Source: Nitrospirota bacterium
Lineage (GTDB): Bacteria > Nitrospirota > UBA9217
Assembly: GCA_963749655.1 (NCBI GenBank)
Contig: CAVVOB010000030.1
Coordinates: 224,001-288,000, forward strand
Length of the DNA: 64,000 bases
Reading direction: 5' to 3'
Shown: in pieces, positions 9,260 through 21,757 of the stretch
Layout of the letters: each line of letters begins with the position of its first letter
Position numbering within the stretch: position 1 is the stretch's first letter
Notes under the pieces: generated by a model
Databases searched by the model: none
What the model was told of the DNA's origin: nothing
Seen by the model: only the letters and a program-made list of their open reading frames with translations
Program-made: the position numbers and the translations under genes

Positions 9260-10146
9260 ACGGTTACGGCCTGTTTTATTTCATCGCGGAAGCGTTTCGC
9301 GATCTTCGCGCCAACAGCATTGTGAACCTCCTGGCTCTGGGTACGATCAGCATGGCCATGCTGATCGTCGGATGTTTTCTCGTAATATTTTTAAACCTAC
9401 GTTCTGTCGTGAACACCATGGGCGAACGGCTGGAGATGTCCATTTACCTGAAAAACGGGCTCTCACAGCAGGAACAGGATTTTCTCAGACGACGGATCGA
9501 ACTGGAGCCCGGCGTCAAAACAGTCACTTTCATGTCCAAGGCCGAGGCAGTGGCGCTTCTCAAGAGGGAGCTGAAGAACCAGGAGGCCTTGATCGACGGG
9601 CTGGGAGAAAATCCCCTGCCCGATTCCTTTGAGCTGAAGTTCGACCGCGCCGCGGCCGATCCGGATCGACTGGAAGCCATGGTAAAGAAGCTCAAACGCT
9701 ACGCCGGAGTGGAGGACGTTTCCTATGGGAAGCAGGGCGCTGAGGCGCTTGCGTCTCTGTACCGGCTGCTGACGTACGGAGGGTCGGCGCTTGCCGTTTT
9801 GCTGGGCATTTCGGTTGTTTTTATCATTTCCAACTCGGTGAGGCTTGCGCTGTATTCTCGGGGGCAGGAGATCGAGCTCATGCAGTGGATCGGGGCCACG
9901 CGCAGTTTCATTCTTGGCCCTTTTTTGATCGAAGGCACCGTACTCGCCATGCTGGGTTCGGGGCTCGCCGTGGGCATCCTCGCGGCACTGTATTACTCGT
10001 TACCGCCGGAAATCATCCTCATTTTTTCCCGGCCGGGCGGGCTGGACTTTTTGCCGCTGTCGGTGGTAGCATATATGATAACTGGTGCCGGAGTTCTGGG
10101 ACTAGCCGGCGGGCTCGTGTCGGTAAATAAGTTTCTGGAGTCCTAA
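9256..10146 (+). CDS. ftsX: Cell division permease FtsX
   Basis: ENPLP motif, ISNSVRL..Y.R..EI..M..IGAT..FI..PF..EG; 4 TM segments. Confidence 0.92.
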   Translation: MNGYGLFYFIAEAFRDLRANSIVNLLALGTISMAMLIVGCFLVIFLNLRSVVNTMGERLEMSIYLKNGLSQQEQDFLRRRIELEPGVKTVTFMSKAEAVALLKRELKNQEALIDGLGENPLPDSFELKFDRAAADPDRLEAMVKKLKRYAGVEDVSYGKQGAEALASLYRLLTYGGSALAVLLGISVVFIISNSVRLALYSRGQEIELMQWIGATRSFILGPFLIEGTVLAMLGSGLAVGILAALYYSLPPEIILIFSRPGGLDFLPLSVVAYMITGAGVLGLAGGLVSVNKFLES

Positions 10147-10158
10147 AGTCGTGAAGGC

Positions 10159-11332
10159 ATGAAGAAGAGTTCCCGCACTGCTGACGATCACGCTGACCAC
10201 GATGGTCACGTGTTCCCTGGCTTTCGGAGACGATGGAACGTCGGCCAGCACAAGGGAACTGGACCGGATCAGGCAGGAAATGCGGAAGAAGAAGACCGAG
10301 ATCACCCGGGCGAACCGGAAGGAACGGTCGGTGCTCGCTGCTCTTGAAATAATTGACCGGGATATTCAAGAACGGACCGATGAACTTATCGACCAGCAGA
10401 AAACGCTGCAGGAATCGGAATCAGCGCTGCGTCAGATAGAATCGGCCAGCACCCTGATTGCGCGGGAACTTGAGGCCCAGAAGCAGGCTTACGGCATGAG
10501 ACTCCGGGCTCTCTATAAAATGAGACGCAACGGTATTGCTCCGACCTACGGGATGGTGGGGCTTGGGAGCCCGGCCAAAGAGACGCGGTATCTGGGCATC
10601 ATTGCGGACCGTGATCGGGCCATCATCGAGGATTATCGCAATGCCCTCAACTTGCTCATTCGTCAGCAGGGCGAGCTTCTGGGAAAAAAGAATGAAATTA
10701 TTGACCACCGGCATGCTGTAGAGGCCAAAAAAGCCGAACAGGAGTCCATAAGGCGTCAAAAAGCCGTGTTACTCGCTAGTGTACGCCAGAAAAAAAACTT
10801 ATATGAGCAGACCTATCGTGAGCTTGAAGAGGCGTCGGCAAGCCTCTGGTCCATGATCAGAGAGGATGAAGGAGAACGGCGTACCGCAAAGGAACTGCAC
10901 AGCGCTAATGCCAGCTCAATAAAAAACGTTCAATCCCCGAAGGGCGGATTCCCGTGGCCACTGGAAGGAAAAGTTCTGACCCAGTTCGGCATGCAGCGGC
11001 ATCCTCAGTTCGGGACCTTGGTTTTCCGTCGCGGTATCGAGATCGAGGCCCATGTAGGCCAGGAAGTTCATGCTATGGAGGGCGGGCAGGTTGCATATGC
11101 CGATTGGTACCGGGGGTATGGAAAGCTGTTGATTCTTGACCACGGCGACGGTTTTTACTCTCTCTACGGGAACCTTTCCCGACTTCATCTGGCCAAGGGT
11201 GAACGGGTCGTCAGGGGCCAGGCGATCGGTTTGGCAGGAGAGACAGGAAGCCTGAAAGGCTCTAAACTATATTTCGAGATAAGGAGGAACGGGGAGGCGC
11301 AGGACCCTCTCGGCTGGCTCGCGAAAAAATAG
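10159..11332 (+). CDS. envC: Murein hydrolase activator EnvC (coiled-coil + degenerate M23), probable frameshift at 10162
   Basis: Long coiled coil, WPLEG, ADWYRGYGKLLILDHG, LYFEIR. ATG 10159 plus one extra A precedes in-frame signal peptide RRVPALLTITLTTMVTCSLAFG. Confidence 0.88.
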
Positions 11333-11487
11333 ATAAAACTTCCCAGCGCACTGAACAGACGCTTGAAGGGGAGGAAAGACTGCTATACTCTATATTGAAC
11401 GGAGCCGTGACAATTTGCGCATAGATATTCTGCTTATCAAGCATAGTGAGGAGAGTAATTATGCAGAACCCGGTGGAGGAAGACGAC

Positions 11488-12868
11488 ATGATTAGGATCA
11501 ATAAGAAAAAATTTATTATAGCGGCTCTGGTCATTTTGCTGATGGGTGTTTTGATCGGTCAGCAGATGGCCCAGGCACAAAAGTCCGACACGACTTACGA
11601 GGACCTGAAGACGTTCACGCAGGCGCTGGAACTCGTAAAGAAAAATTACGTTGAAAATCCCGACAGCAAAGAACTGATCCAGGGAGCCATTCGGGGCATG
11701 ATTGCAGGCCTAGATCCCCACTCGTCCTATATGACCGAGCGGCAGTTCAAAGAGATGAACATGGACATCAAGGGCGAGTTCCAGGGCGTTGGGATCCAGA
11801 TCGGCATCAAAAACCAGCAGCTGACGATCATCGCGCCTATCGAGGATACGCCGGGATTCCGCGCCGGGCCTTGCTGCCGGTGACAAGATCATGAAGATCA
11901 ATGATGAGTGGACCAAAGACATGACGATCGAGCAGGCCGTCGATAAGATGCGCGGACCGAAAAACACGGCGGTCAAACTGTTGATCTACCGGGAGGGATG
12001 GGACAAACCAAAGGAGTTCAAGATCGTCCGCGACGTCATCAAGGTGCAGAGTGTCAAATCAAAAATGCTCGATGCCTCCATCGGATATGTGAAGATAATT
12101 CAGTTCCAGGGGCAGACAACTGAGGAACTGGAAAAGGCCCTGAAAGGGCTCGAGACTAAAGGCATGAAAAAACTGGTGCTCGATCTCCGGAATGATCCGG
12201 GTGGACTCCTCGATGCCTCTGTGGACGTGAGTAGCAAGTTTCTTTCCAAAGACAGCCTGGTGGTTTATATTCAGGGCAGGCAGAAGTCGGACCGAAAGGA
12301 CTTTTTAACGAGCAGTACGGAGCTGCCGCGCGATTATCCGATGGTTGTATTGGTGAACACCGGGAGTGCCAGCGCTTCGGAGATCGTCGCGGGAGCGTTG
12401 CAGGATTCCAAACGCGCGGTCATTGTGGGGACCCAGACTTTCGGCAAGGGATCGGTCCAGACCGTGTTCCCTGTTGACGGCGGTGGTATTCGACTTACGA
12501 CGGCCAAGTATTATACGCCGAGCGGACGTTCGATCCAGAATGTGGGCATAACCCCGGACATCGAGGTGAAGCTGCCTCCGGTCAAGGAGCCGAAAGACGG
12601 TGAACCAGTGCATGTCGTCGTGCGGGAGAAGGACCTCGAGCGTCACCTGAAAAACGAGACGGTGAAAGAAGAGAAGAAGAAAGAGCAGCCGGCTGCCGAG
12701 GATGACTTCGTCATGGAAGTCATGCCGAAGGACGACAAGGATGACATCCAGATACAGAAGGCGATTGAAATCCTCAAGCCTGCTGTGTTGGCTGCAGACG
12801 TGTTCAAAAACATACCAGCAGCGACAATCCAGGAAAAAGAGAAGGCCAAGGAAAAAGAAACGAAATAA
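11488..12868 (+). CDS. ctpA: Carboxy-terminal processing protease (S41, PDZ), frameshifted at ~11866-11868
   Basis: LDPHSSY, DLRNDPGG, SASASEIVAG, TFGKGSVQ, LTTAKYYTPSG. Removing one G restores RAGLAAGDKI. Confidence 0.9.
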
Positions 12869-12896
12869 CGGCAAAGGCATTATAATAGCACTGTTT

Positions 12897-12940
12897 ACAA
12901 TAAAAGCAGGATACTAATATCCTGCTTTTATTGTTTTTTT
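12897..12940 (+). terminator. Terminator after ctpA
   Basis: Perfect 17-bp stem ACAATAAAAGCAGGATA-CTAA-TATCCTGCTTTTATTGT plus T-run. Confidence 0.88.
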
Positions 12941-13059
12941 ATAATTTTTGCAATAATATCAGAAAAATAGAGATATTCCTCAAAATCAGCCAATTCCGGC
13001 AAATTCCTGCGTAAAACAACCCATAATCGGATTTGCTTTTTTCCTGACCGGGAAATATA

Positions 13060-13086
13060 TTGGCACTCGCCTTGAACGAGTGCTAA
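13060..13086 (+). promoter_or_regulatory. CIRCE element (HrcA operator)
   Basis: TTGGCACTC-N9-GAGTGCTAA directly upstream of groES. Confidence 0.93.
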
Positions 13087-13141
13087 TTATCTGATATACT
13101 AACCACCATCCACTATTACTTCACAGAAAGGAGTTGACTGT

Positions 13142-13408
13142 ATGAGCATCAAATTCAAGCCGTTGAAAGACCGGGTGTTTGTAAGCTATACCGCAGAACT
13201 GGAGAAAACCGCAGGGGGGCTTTATATTCCCGATACTGCCAAGGAAAAACCGCAGAGCGGCAAGGTGGAAGCCGTGGGTGATGATGTGAAGTCCCTTAAG
13301 GTCGGCGACAAGATACTCTTCGACCGGTATTCGGGATCCAAGATCAATCTCGACAATGTCGAGTACCTCATTGTAAAAGAAGAAGACGTGCTGGGGGTCC
13401 TGAGCTAA
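13142..13408 (+). CDS. groES: Co-chaperonin GroES
   Basis: KPLKDRV, KTAGGLYIPDTAKEKPQ. Confidence 0.97.
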   Translation: MSIKFKPLKDRVFVSYTAELEKTAGGLYIPDTAKEKPQSGKVEAVGDDVKSLKVGDKILFDRYSGSKINLDNVEYLIVKEEDVLGVLS

Positions 13409-15128
<1,720 letters not shown>

Positions 15129-15166
15129 GAGGTAGAGAAAAACTTTTCCTTTCACGAGGAAAGAGC

Positions 15167-15202
15167 AAGGCTGGCTGGGAGAAATCTCGGCCGGCCTTTT
15201 TT
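15167..15202 (+). terminator. Terminator after groEL
   Basis: AAGGCTGGCTGGGA-GAAA-TCTCGGCCGGCCTT plus T-run (G-U pairs). Confidence 0.85.
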
Positions 15203-15357
15203 GTTTCGGGGTGGTAATAGGGCACGGGCTGTGTGTCGTCAATGGCGATTCGAACAGTTTGCAGCTGTTCCAGGCGTCGTTTAGTTTTATTCAGGGGGAG
15301 GGTTGACTCATGAAAGGTGTTCATCTTGCACTGATATATGACTGAACATTCTTGGTA

Positions 15358-15399
15358 TAAAAAAACAGGCCGAAAAGTTTACTTTCCTACCGGCCTGTC
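15358..15399 (-). terminator. Probable terminator after hemY
   Basis: ACAGGCCG...CGGCCTGT stem followed by T-run on the minus strand. Confidence 0.6.
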
Positions 15400-15433
15400 T
15401 GCAGTGACGGATTCAATTTTTGGTGGATATTCA

Positions 15434-16858
15434 TTAACTTTTTAATATTTTCTCCGCAGCGATCTGTGCCTCATGTACGCAGTCTCCGATCCCGATTCCC
15501 TTGTAGGAGCAACCGATGAGATGCAGTCCGGGATGTGATGCAAGAGTGCGGTCGATCATGGAGATACGGCCCAAGTGGCCTACCGTGTATTTCGGCATTC
15601 CTTTGGGCCAACGGTAGACCTTTGAGAACTGTGCTGCGGCCTTAATACCGAGTATGCCGTCTAGCTCTTCTTGCACCATCCTGACCATTCCGGAATCGTC
15701 CAGATCCCGCACGAGCTCTTCATGATGCCCGCCACCCACAAATACGCGGACCAGGACCTTGTCCTCCGGTGCGCGATGCAGCCATTTGATCGAGCTATAT
15801 GTCGCCGCATTGACCCTCTTGCCCTCTATGCGGGGGACGATGAAACCAAAACCGTTGAGAGGGACACTGACGTCCTCTTTCCGGAAGGCAATGGAGACAG
15901 TTGCCGAGGACGACCACTCAATCTTGTTCATCTGTGCAGCGAGCGTCTCGTCGAACCCTTTTATCATGGCGGCTGCATCATATGCTGCTGAAGCGATCAT
16001 GACGTGGTCTGCTTCCAGTGTCTCGCCGCTTTCAAGCACTACGGCGTATCCTTTCCCCTTGGGTTCAACAGCCTTGACCGGCGCGTTCATGCGCATCGAA
16101 TCCGCGCCGACATAATCGACGCAGGCATGAGCCAGGGTCTGCATCCCGTTTCTGAAGCTCATGGAGAACGTGAGTTTAGGTGCGTTCGTCTTTGGCGGAG
16201 GGCCGTTATGCGTGGCGTGCGTGCGAAGTTTGAGAGCGGCGAGCATGCCCAGGATGAGGCTGCCGCTTTTCTGTTCCATCTGCACAAAACGCGGGAATGT
16301 TGCTAACACGCTCATGTTGTCTGGGTTTGAAGTATGAATACCGGCCACAAGCGGTTCTGCTATCTTCTCAAGGCACTCCCGGCCGAGCCGGCGTGTAACA
16401 AACGATGCAAGGCTTTCGTCCTCCATGACTTTGCGCTTAGGGACGAAAATTTCCATTCCCATGCGGAGTTTTCCTGACCAGGAGATGAGACTGGATTTTG
16501 CCATGGGCCAAAACGATGTCGGCACCATGAGCATCACACCTTCAGGAAGGGAGTGAAGTTTGTTTCTAGAATAGATGAACGTGCCTTTGAAGTCGTCGTT
16601 CGATGGCAGCATTTCCGGTTCAAGACCGAGATGTCTGGCCAGGTTCACGCTCCAGATCTTTTCCGGTAGGAAACTGTCCGGACCCCCCTCGATAAGGAAT
16701 TCGTTGTGCTTCTCGGTTAGAATCTTGCCGCCGAGGCGCCCGTTTTTTTCCAGCACCAGAACTTCGACGGACTTATTGTGGGCCTTGGCCCCGGCTTTCA
16801 GGTGGACGGCGGCTGCCAATCCGGCAATTCCGCCGCCGATGATAATGACTTTCGGCAT
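15434..16858 (-). CDS. hemY: HemY-type FAD-dependent (proto/copro)porphyrinogen oxidase
   Basis: GGGIAGL Rossmann motif, EGGPDSFL, GFGFIVPR, MPKYTVGH, GIGIGDCV. Confidence 0.92.
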   Translation of the reverse strand: MPKVIIIGGGIAGLAAAVHLKAGAKAHNKSVEVLVLEKNGRLGGKILTEKHNEFLIEGGPDSFLPEKIWSVNLARHLGLEPEMLPSNDDFKGTFIYSRNKLHSLPEGVMLMVPTSFWPMAKSSLISWSGKLRMGMEIFVPKRKVMEDESLASFVTRRLGRECLEKIAEPLVAGIHTSNPDNMSVLATFPRFVQMEQKSGSLILGMLAALKLRTHATHNGPPPKTNAPKLTFSMSFRNGMQTLAHACVDYVGADSMRMNAPVKAVEPKGKGYAVVLESGETLEADHVMIASAAYDAAAMIKGFDETLAAQMNKIEWSSSATVSIAFRKEDVSVPLNGFGFIVPRIEGKRVNAATYSSIKWLHRAPEDKVLVRVFVGGGHHEELVRDLDDSGMVRMVQEELDGILGIKAAAQFSKVYRWPKGMPKYTVGHLGRISMIDRTLASHPGLHLIGCSYKGIGIGDCVHEAQIAAEKILKS

Positions 16859-16948
16859 GACAACATCCTTTTTGAGACGCGACGACGTTTAAAGAGGCAA
16901 AGCGCATGTTACTGCGCTACTCGAATTTTCGTGCTTTTGCAGAAAGGC

Positions 16949-17842
16949 CTACAAGACTTTTTTTACTACATCGGCCAGGGACTGAATGAAGAGAGCCGAA
17001 GTATTCAGCGATTCTGCGCGTTCGAAAGTGAGCCCAAGCTTTTTAGCGTGCGCCCGGTGTGCGATATCAATATCGTACAGTGTTTCCATATGGTCGCAGG
17101 TGAATCCGATGGGTACTTCCAAAACCTCTTTAAATCCCTCTCGTGCAATCCTGTCGAGTGTGGATTCCACATCCGGCTCAAGCCACGGTTCCGTCGACCG
17201 CGCACCTTTACTTTGCCAGGCAATACGCCAGTTGTTTATACCTAGCTTTTCGACGACATGACGGACCGTTTCTTCTACCTGCTGCTGGTAAGGATCGCCG
17301 GCCTGAATATAGCGGAGGGGGATGCTGTGGCTTGTAAATATCACGACGACGTGCCTTTGTTGTCCTGTCCAGAAGCGCTTCAAACCCTGAAATACGTGCT
17401 CCTGCCATGCTCGTATAAAAAGGGGGTTGTCGTGCCAGTTCGCGATGAACAGGGGACTTGCGCCGCTCCCAAGGCCTTCGCAGGCTTTTTTGTAAGTGCC
17501 TGTCGTTACTTCTGTCGCATAGGGCGACATGGAGAGTGCAATGACACGGTTTGCACCGTTCCTGACAGCACGCTCGAAGGATTCCGGGATGGTCGGGTGG
17601 GAGTACCGAAAACCTTCATAGACACGAAACTCGCCGCCCATTTCTTGTTCGAGGGCAACCGCCTGTGCGTGCACGAGATCTGGCAGCGGAGACTTCCCTC
17701 CGATCATTTTGTACCGCTCGACAATGGCAGCAACAAGGGGCGGTGCTGCCGGCCTGCCTATGAAGGCGGTCATGAAGGGGCCTACTTCTTCGAGATTCCG
17801 GGGGCCGCCTAACGCGACAAGTATTATTGCAGTGTTACTCAT
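16949..17842 (-). CDS. hemH: Ferrochelatase
   Basis: LGGP, YKMIGGKSPL, FTSHSIP, WQS...WLEP, GFTCDHMETLYDID. Confidence 0.94.
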   Translation of the reverse strand: MSNTAIILVALGGPRNLEEVGPFMTAFIGRPAAPPLVAAIVERYKMIGGKSPLPDLVHAQAVALEQEMGGEFRVYEGFRYSHPTIPESFERAVRNGANRVIALSMSPYATEVTTGTYKKACEGLGSGASPLFIANWHDNPLFIRAWQEHVFQGLKRFWTGQQRHVVVIFTSHSIPLRYIQAGDPYQQQVEETVRHVVEKLGINNWRIAWQSKGARSTEPWLEPDVESTLDRIAREGFKEVLEVPIGFTCDHMETLYDIDIAHRAHAKKLGLTFERAESLNTSALFIQSLADVVKKVL

Positions 17843-17949
17843 TTCAGCTTTTCAATTGTCAATTTTCAATTCTTTCACACTCCATCCATCGACTGGTTCA
17901 CTTGCAACAGATCGGCCTGGACGGTATTCATGACAGGAGATGTAATGCG

Positions 17950-18993
17950 TTATTTGGGATTTGATCGCCTGCTCATTTCGTGGGTAGCATTGATAAATTC
18001 AGCGGCATGATCAAGCGGCGTCTGCTGCAGGATGCCATGCCCAAGGTTCATGATATGGCCGTTTCGACCCGCAGCACGGTCAAGAATTTCCCCCGTGCGT
18101 TTCCTTATAAATTCTTTAGTTCCAAAGAGCGAAACAGGGTCGATGTTTCCCTGAACCGCCTTATCATGGCCGACGCGCTTCCACGCTTCATCAAGATTGC
18201 ACCGCCAATCAAGGCCAATCACGTCGCCGCCGGCTTCCGACACCATCTCCAGCAAGTGCGACGCGCCGTGAGCAAAATGAATAAGGGGAACCGTTTTCTT
18301 AATTCCGGCGATCACGTTCTTCTGATGGGGCAACACGAATTCACGGTAGTCGCTAGGGCCGAGTGCTCCGACCCACGAATCGAAGAGCTGAACGACCTGA
18401 ACGCCCGTATCGATCTGGGCATTCATATAGTTGATGATTACGCTGGTTAGATGTTCCATGAGCCTGTGCCAGGTCTTCGGATCGGAGAACATCAAGGCTT
18501 TTGCATGCTCGAAATTTCGGGATCCACCGCCTTCGATGATGTAGCTTGCAAGCGTGAAGGGCGCGCCGGAAAAGCCGATGAGGGGAACTGTTCCGTTTAG
18601 TTCCCGGAGGACGATCTTGATCGCCTTCATCAGATATTCGATCTGGGTCGCTGAATCGATCTGTCTGAGCTTTGCCACGTCCGCTGCAGTGCGCACGGGA
18701 TTGTGGATCACCGGGCCCTCTCCTTTGGCAAACTCAAGCGCTATTCCCATAGGTTCGAGAGGGAGAAGAATGTCGGCGAAAATTATGGCTGCGTCGATTT
18801 CATACCGGCGCACCGGCTGAATGGTCACTTCGGCGGCAACTTCCGGGGTCTTGCACATTTCCAGGAACGTGTGTTTTGCACGGATTTCCCGATATTCCGG
18901 CAGGTATCTGCCGGCCTGGCGCATCATCCACACCGGCGTACAATCAACCGGTTCGCGACGGCATGCTTTCAAGAACCTGTCTGCTCTCGACAT
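17950..18993 (-). CDS. hemE: Uroporphyrinogen decarboxylase
   Basis: PVWMMRQAGRYLPEY, IGFSGAPFTLASY, NLGHGI. Confidence 0.96.
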   Translation of the reverse strand: MSRADRFLKACRREPVDCTPVWMMRQAGRYLPEYREIRAKHTFLEMCKTPEVAAEVTIQPVRRYEIDAAIIFADILLPLEPMGIALEFAKGEGPVIHNPVRTAADVAKLRQIDSATQIEYLMKAIKIVLRELNGTVPLIGFSGAPFTLASYIIEGGGSRNFEHAKALMFSDPKTWHRLMEHLTSVIINYMNAQIDTGVQVVQLFDSWVGALGPSDYREFVLPHQKNVIAGIKKTVPLIHFAHGASHLLEMVSEAGGDVIGLDWRCNLDEAWKRVGHDKAVQGNIDPVSLFGTKEFIRKRTGEILDRAAGRNGHIMNLGHGILQQTPLDHAAEFINATHEMSRRSNPK

Positions 18994-19263
18994 CCTCGTA
19001 ATCTCCCTGTGACTACAAGAGCGTTCTCCGCTCTCGAGTTATTAATACAAAGGCTCATAATAGTATTTTGTGAGCGAAAAGACAAGATTTTTTTCTAGTC
19101 GTTCCAGAAGCAATGCTTGTTCAACGGAGCTTGGGCCGTATGAGGCATAGCCAATGTATGACGAAGGATTGCGATAAAAGGGCATTTATGCTAATCTTTT
19201 ATTATCTGCAGTGCCCCTGTGCAGTGCCTGCTTTGGCGAGTTTTGAACAAAAGGGAGGACTTC

Positions 19264-19701
19264 ATGTCAGAAGAAGAGAAGGTGGTCGCCCGATTCAAAG
19301 ATGGTTCCCTGGTGAAGGGGTATGTTCGGAACTTTAGGGTTGATGCCGAAACAGTGAGGCTTCGCACACCGAAAAACAGGAATGAAATCACCGTGCCTGT
19401 TGAGAATCTCAAAGCTCTTTTTTTTGTGAAGACGTTCAGTGGATACCGCGAGTATGTGGAGCGAAAGGTGTTCGGCATCAGGAAAAATGCCGGCCGGAAG
19501 GTGTTCGTAAAGTTCGGCGACAAGGAGTCTCTGCTGGGCTTCATTGAAGGAGCTGTTCCGTGGAACAGGGGTTTTTCCCTGACCAAACCGGGCATGAAGG
19601 CAAAGGGATTCTTTCTGGTTCCTGTGGATTCTGACAGCAATAATACCAAGGTCTTTGTCGTCGGGAGCGCTATCAGCGATATTACCATCATGGTTGTCTA
19701 A
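19264..19701 (+). CDS. Conserved hypothetical protein (DUF6982-like) with internal duplication
   Basis: GGAGG SD. KVVARFKDG..VKGY and KVFVKF.D.E.L.GF repeats, LKALFFVK, GFFLVPVD..SNN motifs. Family name from recall. Confidence 0.7.
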   Translation: MSEEEKVVARFKDGSLVKGYVRNFRVDAETVRLRTPKNRNEITVPVENLKALFFVKTFSGYREYVERKVFGIRKNAGRKVFVKFGDKESLLGFIEGAVPWNRGFSLTKPGMKAKGFFLVPVDSDSNNTKVFVVGSAISDITIMVV

Positions 19702-20062
19702 AATATATCTCCCCAGCGCTATTCCTCAGGTGGGCAGCTTTAGCATTTATTATGATTCTTCGCATATCTTCGCGGTTTTCCTCAACTGCGGTCTAGGGCG
19801 GCCGTACTCTGATTGTGACGCTTCAAAGAGGCAAAGGGAAGTCCTCGGACTTTGCGCGGATTACTTTAGGCTTGTGACAATTCTGTTTGGCAGCTGTAGT
19901 AACCGGCAGTAAAGGACGAGAACACCACAGCCGAAGTGTTTTGTCGGGCCATCAAGAGTCTCAGTGCCTTTCGTTTTTTAATGTACTCAGAAACGGAGGG
20001 GCCCGTTTATGATACAATACAAGCGCGGGGGTGAGGGCTTTGTCGCAAATATTCAAAACAGC

Positions 20063-20092
20063 TTGACAAAGTGCGCACTCACCGTATAAAAT
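20063..20092 (+). promoter_or_regulatory. sigma70 promoter for cysS-rlmB
   Basis: TTGACA-18-TAAAAT. Confidence 0.6.
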
Positions 20093-20144
20093 CAACTTTC
20101 CATTTTATCCTATTTAAGCATATTGTATGAGGGTACTGCATCGT

Positions 20145-21620
20145 ATGATCAAGATCTATAATACATTGTCAGGGAAAAAAGAGGAATTTGTTCCTATTCA
20201 TCCCGGCAAGGTGACCATGTATGCTTGCGGCGTTACAGTGTACGACTTTTCGCATCTCGGTCATGCACGGAGCGCTGTAGCATTCGATTTGATTCAGCGT
20301 TATTTCCGCCGCAGGGGATTCGAGGTAAAGTACGTCCGCAACTTCACCGACGTTGACGACAAGATTATAAATCGTGCAAAAGAAGAGTCAATCAGCGCGG
20401 CTGAGGTTGCGCATAAATATATTGAAGCCTACCAAGAGGACATGAGACGTCTAGGTGTCGCCAGGGCAGATGTCGAACCGAGAGCAACGGAACATATAGC
20501 GGAGATGCTCCAGATCATCACGGGGCTACTGGAAAAGGGGCATGCATATGTCATCGACGGCGATGTCTATTTCAGCGTCTCGAGCTTCAGTAACTATGGC
20601 AAACTCTCAAAAAGGAATCTTGAGGACTTGAAGGCCGGCGCGCGTGTGGAAATCGACGAACGCAAAAAGGATCCTTTGGACTTCGCGCTCTGGAAGGCTT
20701 CGAAACCAGGGGAGCCGGCATGGGAAAGTCCCTGGGGGTTGGGCCGGCCGGGCTGGCATATTGAATGCTCGGCTATGGGATTCAAGCATCTGGGCGAGAC
20801 CTTCGATATCCATGCGGGCGGCAAGGATCTTATCTTCCCTCATCATGAAAATGAAATTGCTCAAAGTGAAGCGTATTCGGGTAAGAAATTCGTGAATTAT
20901 TGGATTCACAACGGATTTGTGAACATCAACCAGGAGAAGATGTCGAAGTCCCTGGGGAATTTTTTTACGATCCGCGATATTCTTGATCAGTATGACGCAG
21001 AGGTGGTCCGCCTCTTTCTTCTTTCAACCCATTATCGCAGTCCCATTGACTTTTCCGACGCTAACTTGAAGGATGCCCGTGCCGGACTTGATCGTTTTTA
21101 TACGATGAAAGAGGGCATCATCAAGTTCCTTGCAGGAAAAAGAGCGCCTATGGTAAAGCCCGAAGAGGTCATTGAGTCGAGCGACCGGCCGTTATATGAG
21201 AAGACCGTAAATCTCTCGAAAGCATTCGAAGAGGCAATGGACGACGACTTCAACACTGCTTTCGCGATAGGTGTCGTCTACGACCTGGTTCGCGATATAA
21301 ATAAGTTCCTCTCAGTCGTGGACAAGAAGAATGACGCGGCTTCATTTATCATTCTTTCCCAGGCTCTTTCTTCCTTTGAGGATGTTAGTAAAACTCTTGG
21401 CATCTTCCTCAGAGATCCCGAGGAGTGGTTCAAGGAAAGCCGTCTGACGGATGGCAAGGTAACGCTTTCCGTAGAGCGTATCGAGGAACTCATTCATCTT
21501 CGGAATGAAGCGCGAGCTCGCAAGGATTGGGCTGAAGCAGACAGAGTGCGCAAGATTCTGGATGATGGCGGAGTTGCACTCTATGACCGGCCTGACGGCA
21601 CGGTCTGGAAACCTAAGTAA
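20145..21620 (+). CDS. cysS: Cysteine--tRNA ligase
   Basis: CGVTVYD, HLGH, GRPGWHIECS, FPHHENE, KMSKS. Confidence 0.97.
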   Translation: MIKIYNTLSGKKEEFVPIHPGKVTMYACGVTVYDFSHLGHARSAVAFDLIQRYFRRRGFEVKYVRNFTDVDDKIINRAKEESISAAEVAHKYIEAYQEDMRRLGVARADVEPRATEHIAEMLQIITGLLEKGHAYVIDGDVYFSVSSFSNYGKLSKRNLEDLKAGARVEIDERKKDPLDFALWKASKPGEPAWESPWGLGRPGWHIECSAMGFKHLGETFDIHAGGKDLIFPHHENEIAQSEAYSGKKFVNYWIHNGFVNINQEKMSKSLGNFFTIRDILDQYDAEVVRLFLLSTHYRSPIDFSDANLKDARAGLDRFYTMKEGIIKFLAGKRAPMVKPEEVIESSDRPLYEKTVNLSKAFEEAMDDDFNTAFAIGVVYDLVRDINKFLSVVDKKNDAASFIILSQALSSFEDVSKTLGIFLRDPEEWFKESRLTDGKVTLSVERIEELIHLRNEARARKDWAEADRVRKILDDGGVALYDRPDGTVWKPK

Positions 21621-21757
21621 CCCTGCTAAGCCGAGGACCATTATTTGTCCGGAGCAGCAACCGGCTCTCGTGATGATGAGTGGGTCTTCGCGCGTCTTTG
21701 CCGGTTGAGTGTAAGTTTGCGATTCGTGGCAGTCATTTGAGCCACTTCAACGTGAGC

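Noticed and set aside
19700-20060. Possible riboswitch, T-box or small ORF upstream of cysS
   Set aside because: No T-box consensus or recognisable aptamer seen; a promoter lies close to cysS, leaving only a short leader.
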